The notes under the pieces: model-generated | Seen by the model: only the letters and a program-made list of their open reading frames with translations | Database searches by the model: none | What the model was told of the DNA's origin: nothing | Program-made: the position numbers and the translations under genes | In this document: one piece after another, positions 44,001 to 52,369 of the stretch | Layout: every line of letters begins with the position of its first letter | How positions within the stretch are numbered: the stretch's first letter is position 1 | From: an uncultured delta proteobacterium | Lineage (GTDB): Bacteria; Desulfobacterota; RBG-13-43-22 | Direction: 5' to 3' | Assembly: GCA_963743305.1 (NCBI GenBank) | Contig: CAVUPH010000010.1 | Span: forward strand, 64,001-128,000 | DNA length: 64,000 bases

Positions 44001-45306
44001 CGTTTTCCAGGCTGATATATTTGGAGTCCTGACCTCCGATCTCAAAGATGGTATCCACTTCCGGATCAATGGCGGCGGCGGCGGTGGCCTGCGCGGTTAT
44101 TTCATTGCGGACGATGTCGGCTCCGATAAAGTCTCCGGTCAAGTATCTTCCGGAACCTGTAGTCCCGGCCCCCCGGATGACGACCCGATCGCCCACTTCG
44201 GCCCCAGCCGCGGCCAATCCCTGGCGTATGGCCTCCAACGGTCTGCCGGCGGTCATTAAATATTGTTTGGACAGGACCCGCATCTCCCGGTCGATGACCA
44301 CCACGTTGGTGCTGATGGAACCGACATCGATTCCCAGGTAGGCTTCTATCTTTTCTCCGGCCGAGGGCTCCGGGAAGGGCTGGGTGGAAAAGGGTTGCTG
44401 GTAATCCGGCCTCAGGGTGAGCGGACTTAAGCGACTGGCTTCCGGAGAATAAGATTGGATATATTCTTCCAGGGGGGCCAGGCCGGAGAAGTGGAAACTA
44501 AATTGGGGATCATCCCGAGTGACCAGAGAGGCCCCGATGGCCCCCATGGAAAAGTAGTGCTCCGGGATGATCAGCTCCCCCTGTTCCAGCCCTAAGACTT
44601 CGGTGAAGGCCCGGCGAACCCCCAGATTGGCGGCCACCCCGCCCTGGAAGGCTACCGGTTTAATAAATTTTTTTCCTTTGGCGATATTACTCTTCAGGTT
44701 CCGGGCCACGGCAAAGCACAACCCGGCGATGATGTCATAATCGGGCGTGGCCTCCTGTTGCAGGTGGATCATATCGGTTTTAGCAAAAACCGTGCAGCGG
44801 CCGGCAATACGAGGCGGAACCGCGGACTTTAAGGCCAGGGCGCTAAATGCTTCGATGGTCAATCCCAGACGATGGGCTTGTTGATCCAGGAAGGAACCGG
44901 TGCCGGCCGCACACAGGGTGTTCATGGCAAAATCTTGAATCGCCAGGTTTCCGGAAGCCTCTTCGGCCAGGAGGATCAGTTTGGAATCCTCCCCGCCCAT
45001 TTCAATAATGGTGCGAACCTGGGGATAAAAGAATTCGACCGCCCGGGCCTGGGCAATGATTTCATTCACCAGCGGAACTTTGAGGATCTTGGCCACCAGC
45101 TTACCGGCGGTGCCGGTCAGCGTTAGGGTTCGACAGTTTTCAGCGGGGAATTCTCGAAAAAATTCCTGTAGGACGGACAGCGCCGTTTCCAGAGGCTGGC
45201 CCTTGGTCCGCTGGTAATCTTCTTTGACTACCTGATTGCTTTCGGAAAGGATAACGGTGTTGGCGCTGACTGAACCAATATCCATTCCCAAAAAATACCC
45301 TTCCAT
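41098..45306 (-). CDS. Acyl-CoA dehydratase activase fusion (two ASKHA activase domains + DUF2229/dehydratase-like)
   Basis: GxDxGS, ExGGxDSK, CAAGTGSFL and RCTVF each occur twice; CGPDSF, IDEHS, PFTCMP. Confidence 0.88.
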   Translation of the reverse strand: MEGYFLGMDIGSVSANTVILSESNQVVKEDYQRTKGQPLETALSVLQEFFREFPAENCRTLTLTGTAGKLVAKILKVPLVNEIIAQARAVEFFYPQVRTIIEMGGEDSKLILLAEEASGNLAIQDFAMNTLCAAGTGSFLDQQAHRLGLTIEAFSALALKSAVPPRIAGRCTVFAKTDMIHLQQEATPDYDIIAGLCFAVARNLKSNIAKGKKFIKPVAFQGGVAANLGVRRAFTEVLGLEQGELIIPEHYFSMGAIGASLVTRDDPQFSFHFSGLAPLEEYIQSYSPEASRLSPLTLRPDYQQPFSTQPFPEPSAGEKIEAYLGIDVGSISTNVVVIDREMRVLSKQYLMTAGRPLEAIRQGLAAAGAEVGDRVVIRGAGTTGSGRYLTGDFIGADIVRNEITAQATAAAAIDPEVDTIFEIGGQDSKYISLENGAIVDFMMNKVCAAGTGSFLEEQAEKLGISIRGEFGDLALSSQEPIRLGERCTVFMESDLVHHQQRGMDQPDLVAGLSYSIVQNYLNKVVEDRRIGRRIFYQGATASNKGIVAAFEKVVGKPIIVPEHNDVTGAIGVAILALREQTWAESGFKGFDLAQSRYEISSFECRSCPNQCEVKKVTIEGERPLFYGSRCDKYDLDSKKPATTKTLPDLFAEREEWLVGRPEDSNPGGKKGKIGIPRTMFFRELLPFFRTFLTELGFEVVISGPTNKSIIHRGVEVMAAETCLPIKVAHGHILELIQQGVDRLFLPSIIDLKAKNQEHDQGVVCPYAQTLPYTVPASINLAALGVQLFQPVLYLGRGDKALQKGLVKLARDLKVSPFLVPIALEKALAAQEAFYAQLLNRGREVLQDLGPEEIAMVVVSRPYNGFDPGINLNIPKKLRDLGILAIPMDFFPLDSPVDPEESRHHYWRFGQKILGAADVLLHNPNLYGIYITNFSCGPDSFILHFFRNILKGKPYLEIEIDEHSADAGVVTRLEAFLDSLKNTRGRKLLKAAPTKVSRIPSGNSRKIYIPPMTDQSLAVAAAFRACGVEAEVLPDSDQETLVLGRKLTSGKECYPCILTTGDMAKMVQRSDFNANKASFFMPSGTGPCRFGQYHRFHRLVLDELGYPEVPIYAPDQSETLYQELGMVGGSDFTRLAWQGIVAVDMLEKKLRETRPYEARPGEAGEVYQHFLGKMAKTITARGDLTAVLWSARRTFENVPVNDPGSRPVIGVVGEIYTRANKFSNENVVLGIEALGGEAWLPPISEWILYTNYTAIWRAIRLRKFSSLIEVLLTHRVQTKLEHELESTFRGSLRNYGEPSISLTLKRAKPYLDSSFEGEAVLSIGKATDYVLKGASGLVNIMPFTCMPGTIVNALLKRYREDHQNIPFLNLSYDGQEQTNTQTRLEAFMYQVQQHRNRSGNGEI

Positions 45307-45332
45307 CTAATCCTCCAAAAATAAGGCTCAGG

Positions 45333-46253
45333 CTAACGCCTGAGAAAAAAGTCATTCCGGTTAAAAGCTTCGCGAGCGATCTTTTGCTGGTCCAATAAAC
45401 GATTCAACAGCTCTAAGGTCTGTTGCCGGGAAATCCCGGTCAGGCGGGAGAGGTCCTCTGCCGTGCAGGGCCTCCTGGCTAGCAGGCCCAAGATCTCGGA
45501 TTCCAGCATTTCATTTTGAAAATCCGCCTTTACCGTGGCTGGAGCGATGATTTCCGCCCGGGGTCCCATTATCCGCCGGATGGCTTCCAGTGCCCGGTGA
45601 TCCAAAGCCTGGGCGAAGGCCTCCACCGGCGGTCGAACCACGGTGTTTATCTGGATTTTTTCCGGGTTTATTTTTTCAATGGTCCGGGACAGGGCTTCGA
45701 TTTGAGCCGGTTGATCATTCAAACCACGCAAAAACAGAACTTCCAGCCAAATTCGGGGGCCTGGGAGTTGACCTAAAAGGATTAGCCCTTCGATGATGGC
45801 CTCGAGCCGTAGTTCGGGATGAGGCCGATTGATCACCTGAAAGGCCTCGGGATCAACGGTGTCCAGAGAGGGGATGATCAGATCGGCTGCTTTGACCCGT
45901 TCCAAAACGAGGGGATTAAAAAAAAGGGACCCGTTGGTGATCAGGGCCAGGGGTTGGGCGTATCTTTTTTTAATCGCCTGGATCAGGTGCCCCAGTTCGG
46001 GATGAAGCGTGGGTTCCCCGGAACCGGAAATGGTCAGAAAGTCGATCTTTTGATCTGTGGTGGCCAGAAAGTCATCCAGTTCGGCTAAAACGGCCTCCGG
46101 TGGAATTAGGTCCTCGGGCGCCAGAGTTCGGCAGGTGGTTGGACCCAATTCGCAATAAATGCAGTCAAAAGAACAGGTTTTATAGGGCAGGAGGTCAACC
46201 CCCAGAGAAAAGCCCAGTCGGCGGGAGGGGACCGGTCCAAAAACATACTTCAT
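45333..46253 (-). CDS. Radical SAM protein (Tyw1-like family)
   Basis: FGPVPSRRLGFSLG, CSFDCIYC, SGSGEPTL. Confidence 0.85.
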   Translation of the reverse strand: MKYVFGPVPSRRLGFSLGVDLLPYKTCSFDCIYCELGPTTCRTLAPEDLIPPEAVLAELDDFLATTDQKIDFLTISGSGEPTLHPELGHLIQAIKKRYAQPLALITNGSLFFNPLVLERVKAADLIIPSLDTVDPEAFQVINRPHPELRLEAIIEGLILLGQLPGPRIWLEVLFLRGLNDQPAQIEALSRTIEKINPEKIQINTVVRPPVEAFAQALDHRALEAIRRIMGPRAEIIAPATVKADFQNEMLESEILGLLARRPCTAEDLSRLTGISRQQTLELLNRLLDQQKIAREAFNRNDFFLRR

Positions 46254-46348
46254 TGAATCAAACCTTGTTTCTTACCTTTCAGATGAAGGGGGAGACACCT
46301 TCTTCGATTTATGTAACCAAAGTTGAGAAGGCCTGTCAATTTTAAAAA

Positions 46349-46396
46349 TGTCGCCTGCCCCTTTGGGTGGATATTCTCGCTCATTTGGTCTGGCCG
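46349..46396 (-). repeat. Diverged third copy of the 5.4-5.7 kb motif
   Basis: CGGCCA-N20-CCACCCAAAGGGGC-AG-GCGACA versus CGGCCA-N20-CCACCCAAAAGGGC-GAA-GCGTCA at 5692-5740. Confidence 0.5.
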
Positions 46397-46413
46397 CCGG
46401 GGGATTTCCCTTT

Positions 46414-49400
46414 TCAGACAACAAGCAGGCTCGTGGAGGCCGTCGCCCCAAGTGCTGTTGGGGGAGGATTCTTAAGGGGAGGAGAAGCAACGAACACTTG
46501 GCGAACTTTTTCGGCTAAGGTCTCCGGCGAAAAGGGCTTCTCGATGAAAGCTAAGCCCGGAGTAAGAACTCCCTGTTGGACGATTGCATTATTCGAGTAG
46601 CCGGACATATAAAGGACCTTGATACCCGGTCTGAAAGAAAGGATTTGATCGGCCAACTCACGGCCGTTTAGACCCGGCATGACCACATCGGTCAGCAGAA
46701 GGTCGATTTTCTCCCCGTATTCCCGGGTAATTTTTAAGGCGGGTTCACCCCCGGGAGCTTCGATGACCGTATACCCATATTGCTTCAGGGCTTCGCTGGT
46801 CAGGTTGCGGACGAGTTCATTATCTTCCACAATTAGAATGGTTTCCGAACCTTGAAGCAGATTCGGTGAATGGTGATCGCTTTCCTTGTGGGCCGATTTC
46901 CCCTCGGCCTGGGGCAAAAATATTTGAAACGACGTTCCGCATTCCGGCTGGCTGTCTACCCAGATATAGCCCCCACTTTGCTTAATGATACCGTAAACCG
47001 TGGATAAACCCAGGCCGGTTCCTTTCCCTAACTCCTTGGTGGTAAAGAAAGGTTCAAATAAATGGGATCTGGTTTCCAGGTCCATTCCGGTGCCCGTATC
47101 CCTGACTTCCAGCAAAACATAAGGACCGGGTTGCAGACTGACTCCTTTTTTGCGGGCATAGGCCTGATCCAAGACGACGTTAGCCGTTTCAATCGTTATT
47201 TTCCCGCCCCGGACCATAGCATCCCGGGCATTGACCACCAGATTCATCAAGACCTGGCCCATTTGATTCGGATCTACCTTAACCCGAAAAAGGCCGGATT
47301 CCAAATGGGTTTCCAGTTCGATATCTTCCCCGATCAGTCGTTGGAGCATCTTTTTTAGGTCGTTCACTATCAGGTTTAAATCCAAAACCTTGGGTTGCAG
47401 CATTTGTTTCCGGCTGAAAGCCAGCAGTTGTTGGGTCAAAGAGGCGGCCCTCTTTCCGGCCTTTTTGATTTCCTCCACTTTGCCGATCAGCGGGTGGTCC
47501 CGGTTCAAGCTTAATAGAATGAGGTCGGCATAGCCAATGATCCCGGTCAGCATGTTATTAAAGTCGTGGGCCACTCCCCCGGCCAACCGGCCGATAGCCT
47601 CCATTTTTTGGGATTGCCGCAACTGATCTTCTAATTTCTTTTTTTCCTCTTCCACCCACAGTCGTTCCAGGGCATGGGCGAAGATTTCTCCGATGATGGT
47701 TAATAACGTTACGATTTCATTTGGCCAGTCTCTTTTCTCGCCGGCCGAATCAAAACCCAGGAATCCGATCAGGTTTCCGCCATAGACCATGGGAACGCAG
47801 AGGAGGGATTTAAGGCCCCGGGATGAAAAGGCACTCTTTTCCGCCTCGGCTTCCGGGGGTAACTGAGCGACATCGGGGATCGAGACCACTTCTTGCCGCT
47901 TGATAATATTATAGAACCAGGGGAGGTCCGGCAGGGAGGATTCCGCCAACATGTCCTGAGAGCCGGGGAGGCCTTCCGCACACCAAAGATGGGTCTTCTC
48001 GACTCGGCTGCCGGAATCGATAAAACGGAAAATAAAGCTGCGATCCGTTCGGGCGAAGTTCCCGATCTGTTTCAACGCCAGGCTGATTTCCGGATTGATA
48101 TCCTCGGAGGCCAAGTTGATAAAGTGGGTGGAGATGGAGGTAATCAGTTTTTCCAGTTCCACGCGGTACTGAAGGGCCTCTTCGGCCAATTGCCGGTCGG
48201 TGATATCCTTGAAAGTCCCCACCAGGCCGATCACCTTTCCTTCGGCATCCAGGTTAGGCGCGGCGCTAAGGCTGAAATAGCGTTCACTGCCATTTTGATG
48301 GAGGATGGTCCCGGTCAAATCTCGGACGGTTTTTTTCTGATCCCGGGTTTCCTTAAAGATCTCTTTGTATCGAGGAATCTCCTCTGGTTTGACGAACTCA
48401 ATAAAGAAATGGCCGATCACTTCCTCCGTCGGATGGCCCAAAATCCTTTCCCAGGCCGGGTTGACATAGGTGAAAGCCCCGTCGATTCCGATCGTATAGA
48501 TGATATCCGGCGAGTTGGAACTAAGCGAACGAAACCGTTCTTCGCTCTCCTGAATTTTTTTATAAGAAATGGCGTTATTGATGCTGATGGCGATCTGGGG
48601 AGCGATGCCCAAGAGGAGGTTCAAATCGCTTTGGTTTAATTTGCGTCCCGCTTTGGGGTTATCCACCAGCAGGATTCCCAGAGATTCCCCCTTGTAGACA
48701 ATGGGCACGCTGATGAAGGACCGGGTCTCCATGCGGTAAACAAATTCCAGACTCTTGGGGGAGATATCCTGTTTGATCTTTGAGACGTCATCAATCAAAA
48801 AAGGGGTTTGGTTTTTAAAGGTTAAAACGGCCACCCCTTTGGATTGGGGATTATCAAGACGGAAGGACAACTTGCTTAAGTAATCATTTTCTTTATCGGA
48901 ATATCCGTAGCCGACCGAAAAGGTCAGGTGTTTTTTCCCTTTGTCCGCCATCATGATCATGCCGCGGTTAAAGTCCAGTCGTTTTTCCAAGGCCTCCATG
49001 ATATATTTAAGCAGTCGATCAATATCCAGGATCATGGAGATGACCTGGCCTATTTCCTGGATGAGGAGTGCCCCGTTGTATCGGAAATTAACTTGCTCTA
49101 AAGCCTGTTGGGCGTCCTGACTTTGGGAGGTTATGGCCTCCAGAAGATCTTTTTTTTCCAGGTCTTGGTGTATAGAAACACCCCCACATTCAATAAAGTT
49201 GGAACAAGTAACAATTCAGCCCAAAGCGTTGGAGGAAACATCAAAAAAGAACCGACCGCGAATAAGGCACTTCCCAGGAACAGATAACGATTTAAGATTT
49301 TCCACTTATAGGCGGATGCGCGTTTAAGGGAAATAATGTACCGGCAACACTCGCCGCCCTGGTGAATGCATTCGGGATGATCAATGGTTGCGAATTGTCT

Positions 49401-49880
49401 GGTGTAAAATTTGGAAATGGCCTCTAGCATCCCTATCCGATTATCGCAAGTGTAAGAACTTTCCTTGATGCCCGGCTTGGACATTGCTAAAAATTCGACG
49501 GTATGAGGGCCGAGCTTTCGGGTTTTAAAATCAGTGGCCTTAGTTATATTTTCGGCAAATTTTTCTATCAGGGAATAGGCTAGGGGCGCGGTTAAGAACC
49601 CCAGGCCATATTGTCTAATGAAACCAAAGGATTCTGAGGAGTGGGTGAACCTTCCCACTTCACGGGAGATATTGGGGTTTTTTGTTTTTTCTGTCAGGAT
49701 TTCATGAAATTGATCCAATTGTGTCTGGGTGAACCAATGCCCCCCATCCTCCACTTCGAGAATCGTCATCCCGGCATAATCCAACATCTCACTGATGGAG
49801 ATATCGGGATAGTATTTCCGGAGGAAATCAATGTAGGTTTTTACGATCCGGCTACTATAAAGGGGGGTATTTTCATTCAC
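46414..49880 (-). CDS. Hybrid histidine kinase (V4R-like sensor-2TM-GAF-PAS-GAF-HisKA-HATPase-REC), frameshift near 49165
   Basis: N-terminal HPECIHQGGECCRY; LAGGVAHDFNN, NARDA, GTGLGL, REC DVVMP; the two ORFs join by adding one base. Confidence 0.85.
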
Positions 49881-50202
49881 CGTTTCAATATCCCAGGGAA
49901 ATATGAAGGATAGCGGTAATTGTTAGAGTATTTTCCAGAATAACCTTTTTTCATTTAGCCCATGCATTGCTATGACATCGGAAGGAGAGCAAAAGGCGCA
50001 ACCTCGAGCGCTTTTGGATCTCCAAAGTCGAAAATCTACTTGGTATTAAAGAGTTACATGGATAATCGGTCGAAGGCCGATAAAAAGTCAAGAACAATTT
50101 TTAAAGGAAATAGCCGTACTCCTCCTTGAGGGGCATCGTCGGTTTTTAATTCAATCCTGGTGGTTTGGTGTTTGGTGGCTTCCTCACCTTGCCCTTCCCG
50201 GC

Positions 50203-50502
50203 ATGTTCATTTGGGGAGCGGTGGGGAATTATCTGTACTATCTTCAAGTCCAAAAAAAAATTTTGGATTATAGAAAGCAGACGAATGGAGGCTTGCTTAT
50301 TAAGCCGTTAAATGAGTTAGGGGGGGTAAACAGCTGGGTTTGGGTATTGGGTCTTATCGTCAGCTTCATTTTCTTAGCGGGTTTTGGTTTAAGTGCGATG
50401 ATGCTCTACCGATTCTTGACCCGAGGATATTTAAACGTTCAAGATTACGTAGAAATAGGATTTTCATCGGGGGGTAGTTTTTGGTTAAATCCAACGCTAT
50501 GA
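50203..50502 (+). pseudogene. Small membrane protein fragment (DUF2628-like C-terminus)
   Basis: GNYLYY...GGVN followed by a TM helix; N-terminus apparently missing. Confidence 0.4.
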
Positions 50503-50692
50503 AGACCTCGACCTTTCCCGGAGCTTCATTCCCGTGAAAATTTTGCTCTAAGAAGAATCTGGGGTACGAAGATACGGGCTCATTTTGAAACGCTCCCCAA
50601 GAATCTGATCTATTTAGGCATGACCGAAAGGAGACTTCTCCCTAAACTCTTGCAAAAAATAGATAATCTTCCAAAGCGTAGAATAGGGGAGG

Positions 50693-52369
50693 GTGTCAAT
50701 TATGGATGCCATCATTATTGCGGACGCTGCGTCAGAGAGCGTTTCCGCAACAAATCAAATGAAGCTGACTATCGGTGGGCAGGTATCGACCATTCAAACG
50801 GTCAAAAATTTTCTGGATAATCATGGGCGTGTAGTTCATCCCATAATTGGAGATGGGGTGTCCAGTTGGGGGTCGTCTTTGAAGTTGAACGGCCTCTACC
50901 TTTATAGTTATTTGTCAGGACAGGGATTTGACGTCCAGTTGGTAGATAGTTACTTCGAGGAAAAAGAAAAATTTATTGAAATGCTTAAGCATTCTCCAAA
51001 GGCGGTAGTGATCTCGACTACCTTCATAATTAGCAAAAAGACACTGGAATACCTTGTCCGTGATATCAGGACTGTGGCCCCCGGTATTTTTATCATCGCC
51101 GGTGGCCAGTTTGTGCATCTTTCAAGCAGAATCAGGGAGAGGCAGAAGTCAGATAACCCTATAATGGATATATTTGACAACGATTGTCTTTTCCTCGATG
51201 AGAAGAACGAACCTTCCGTGGATCTTTATATTATCAGCTCCAGTGGAGAAGAAATACTTTCCCAGGCACTGACAATGCTTAGGAAAAAAGGGAAAGTGGA
51301 AGGGCTTCCCAACACCGCTACGTACCAAAGGAAGAAGTACTCCATAGGCAGCAGAGTAGAGGAAAGGGTAAAGGTGGGGGGGATCACTGTGGACTGGAGG
51401 AGAATGCCTGGAGAATTTTTTCAATCCGGGGTTGTTCCACTTCAAGCCAGCTACGGATGTCCTTATAATTGCGCCTTTTGTAATTTTATGAAAGATAGAC
51501 GCCTAATGGGCGTGAAACCGATTGAGGACTTGATTGAGGAATTAAAGATAGTTCAAGAGAGAGGCGCTAGATATGTGTGGTTTGCCGATGACAACTTTCG
51601 GTTGGGGAGAAACGATTTGGAGAGAGTTTGCCAAAAATTTCTTGATTGTGGGATAAACGTGAAGTGGAAAAGTTTCATACGGCCAGGCGCAATGAAAGGC
51701 ATGGACATGGGGATTCTAAAGGCCTCCGGGTGTGTTGAGGTCCAGTTCGGACTTGAGTCGGCTGATCGCTCCATGCTTAAAAGGATGAATAAGAAAGCGA
51801 ACCCGGATCTTTATGCTGAAGTAATAGAAAGGGTATTGAGGGCAGGCATCAATTGCTCTTGTTATTTTATATTCGGCTTCCCCGGAGAGACAGAAAAAAC
51901 GGTCAAGCGGACCCTTGAATTCATTAAAGGCCTCGAGCATCCAGAATTGGATGGTTGTATTTCTTTTTCGATGTTTCCCTTTATTATCGCTCCGTTAAGT
52001 TCTATGTCAGAACCAAAGAGTGCACAGAAGTACGGGCTAAAAGGAAAGAACATGTGCCAGTGGCAGCATCACACGATGAATTCTAAAGAAGCTACGGATC
52101 TTGCTACAAGGGCCTTTTTCGAACTCGAGACTGCTGGGATCATCTACAGTGGTGACAATCTTGACATGTTGTTCGAACTCGACCCTCGGAAAAGGAAAAA
52201 GTTCAATGCCATAAGGCAAGATATGGCCAAGCTGGCGGCAAAGGGGTTATTGAAAGAAATGGACATGTTTGAAGCGTTTGGAAAGAACCTGTTGGAATCG
52301 ACAACCTCCTATTCCCATTCCTCGCTGCCGGTCAGTACCGTCCGTTTCAGCGGCTGGACCGTGCGATAG
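50693..52369 (+). CDS. B12-binding radical SAM protein
   Basis: ISTTF..IIAGG, SYGCPYNCAFC, FADDNF, GLESAD, FIFGFPGET; AT-richer than neighbours. Confidence 0.88.
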   Translation: MSIMDAIIIADAASESVSATNQMKLTIGGQVSTIQTVKNFLDNHGRVVHPIIGDGVSSWGSSLKLNGLYLYSYLSGQGFDVQLVDSYFEEKEKFIEMLKHSPKAVVISTTFIISKKTLEYLVRDIRTVAPGIFIIAGGQFVHLSSRIRERQKSDNPIMDIFDNDCLFLDEKNEPSVDLYIISSSGEEILSQALTMLRKKGKVEGLPNTATYQRKKYSIGSRVEERVKVGGITVDWRRMPGEFFQSGVVPLQASYGCPYNCAFCNFMKDRRLMGVKPIEDLIEELKIVQERGARYVWFADDNFRLGRNDLERVCQKFLDCGINVKWKSFIRPGAMKGMDMGILKASGCVEVQFGLESADRSMLKRMNKKANPDLYAEVIERVLRAGINCSCYFIFGFPGETEKTVKRTLEFIKGLEHPELDGCISFSMFPFIIAPLSSMSEPKSAQKYGLKGKNMCQWQHHTMNSKEATDLATRAFFELETAGIIYSGDNLDMLFELDPRKRKKFNAIRQDMAKLAAKGLLKEMDMFEAFGKNLLESTTSYSHSSLPVSTVRFSGWTVR

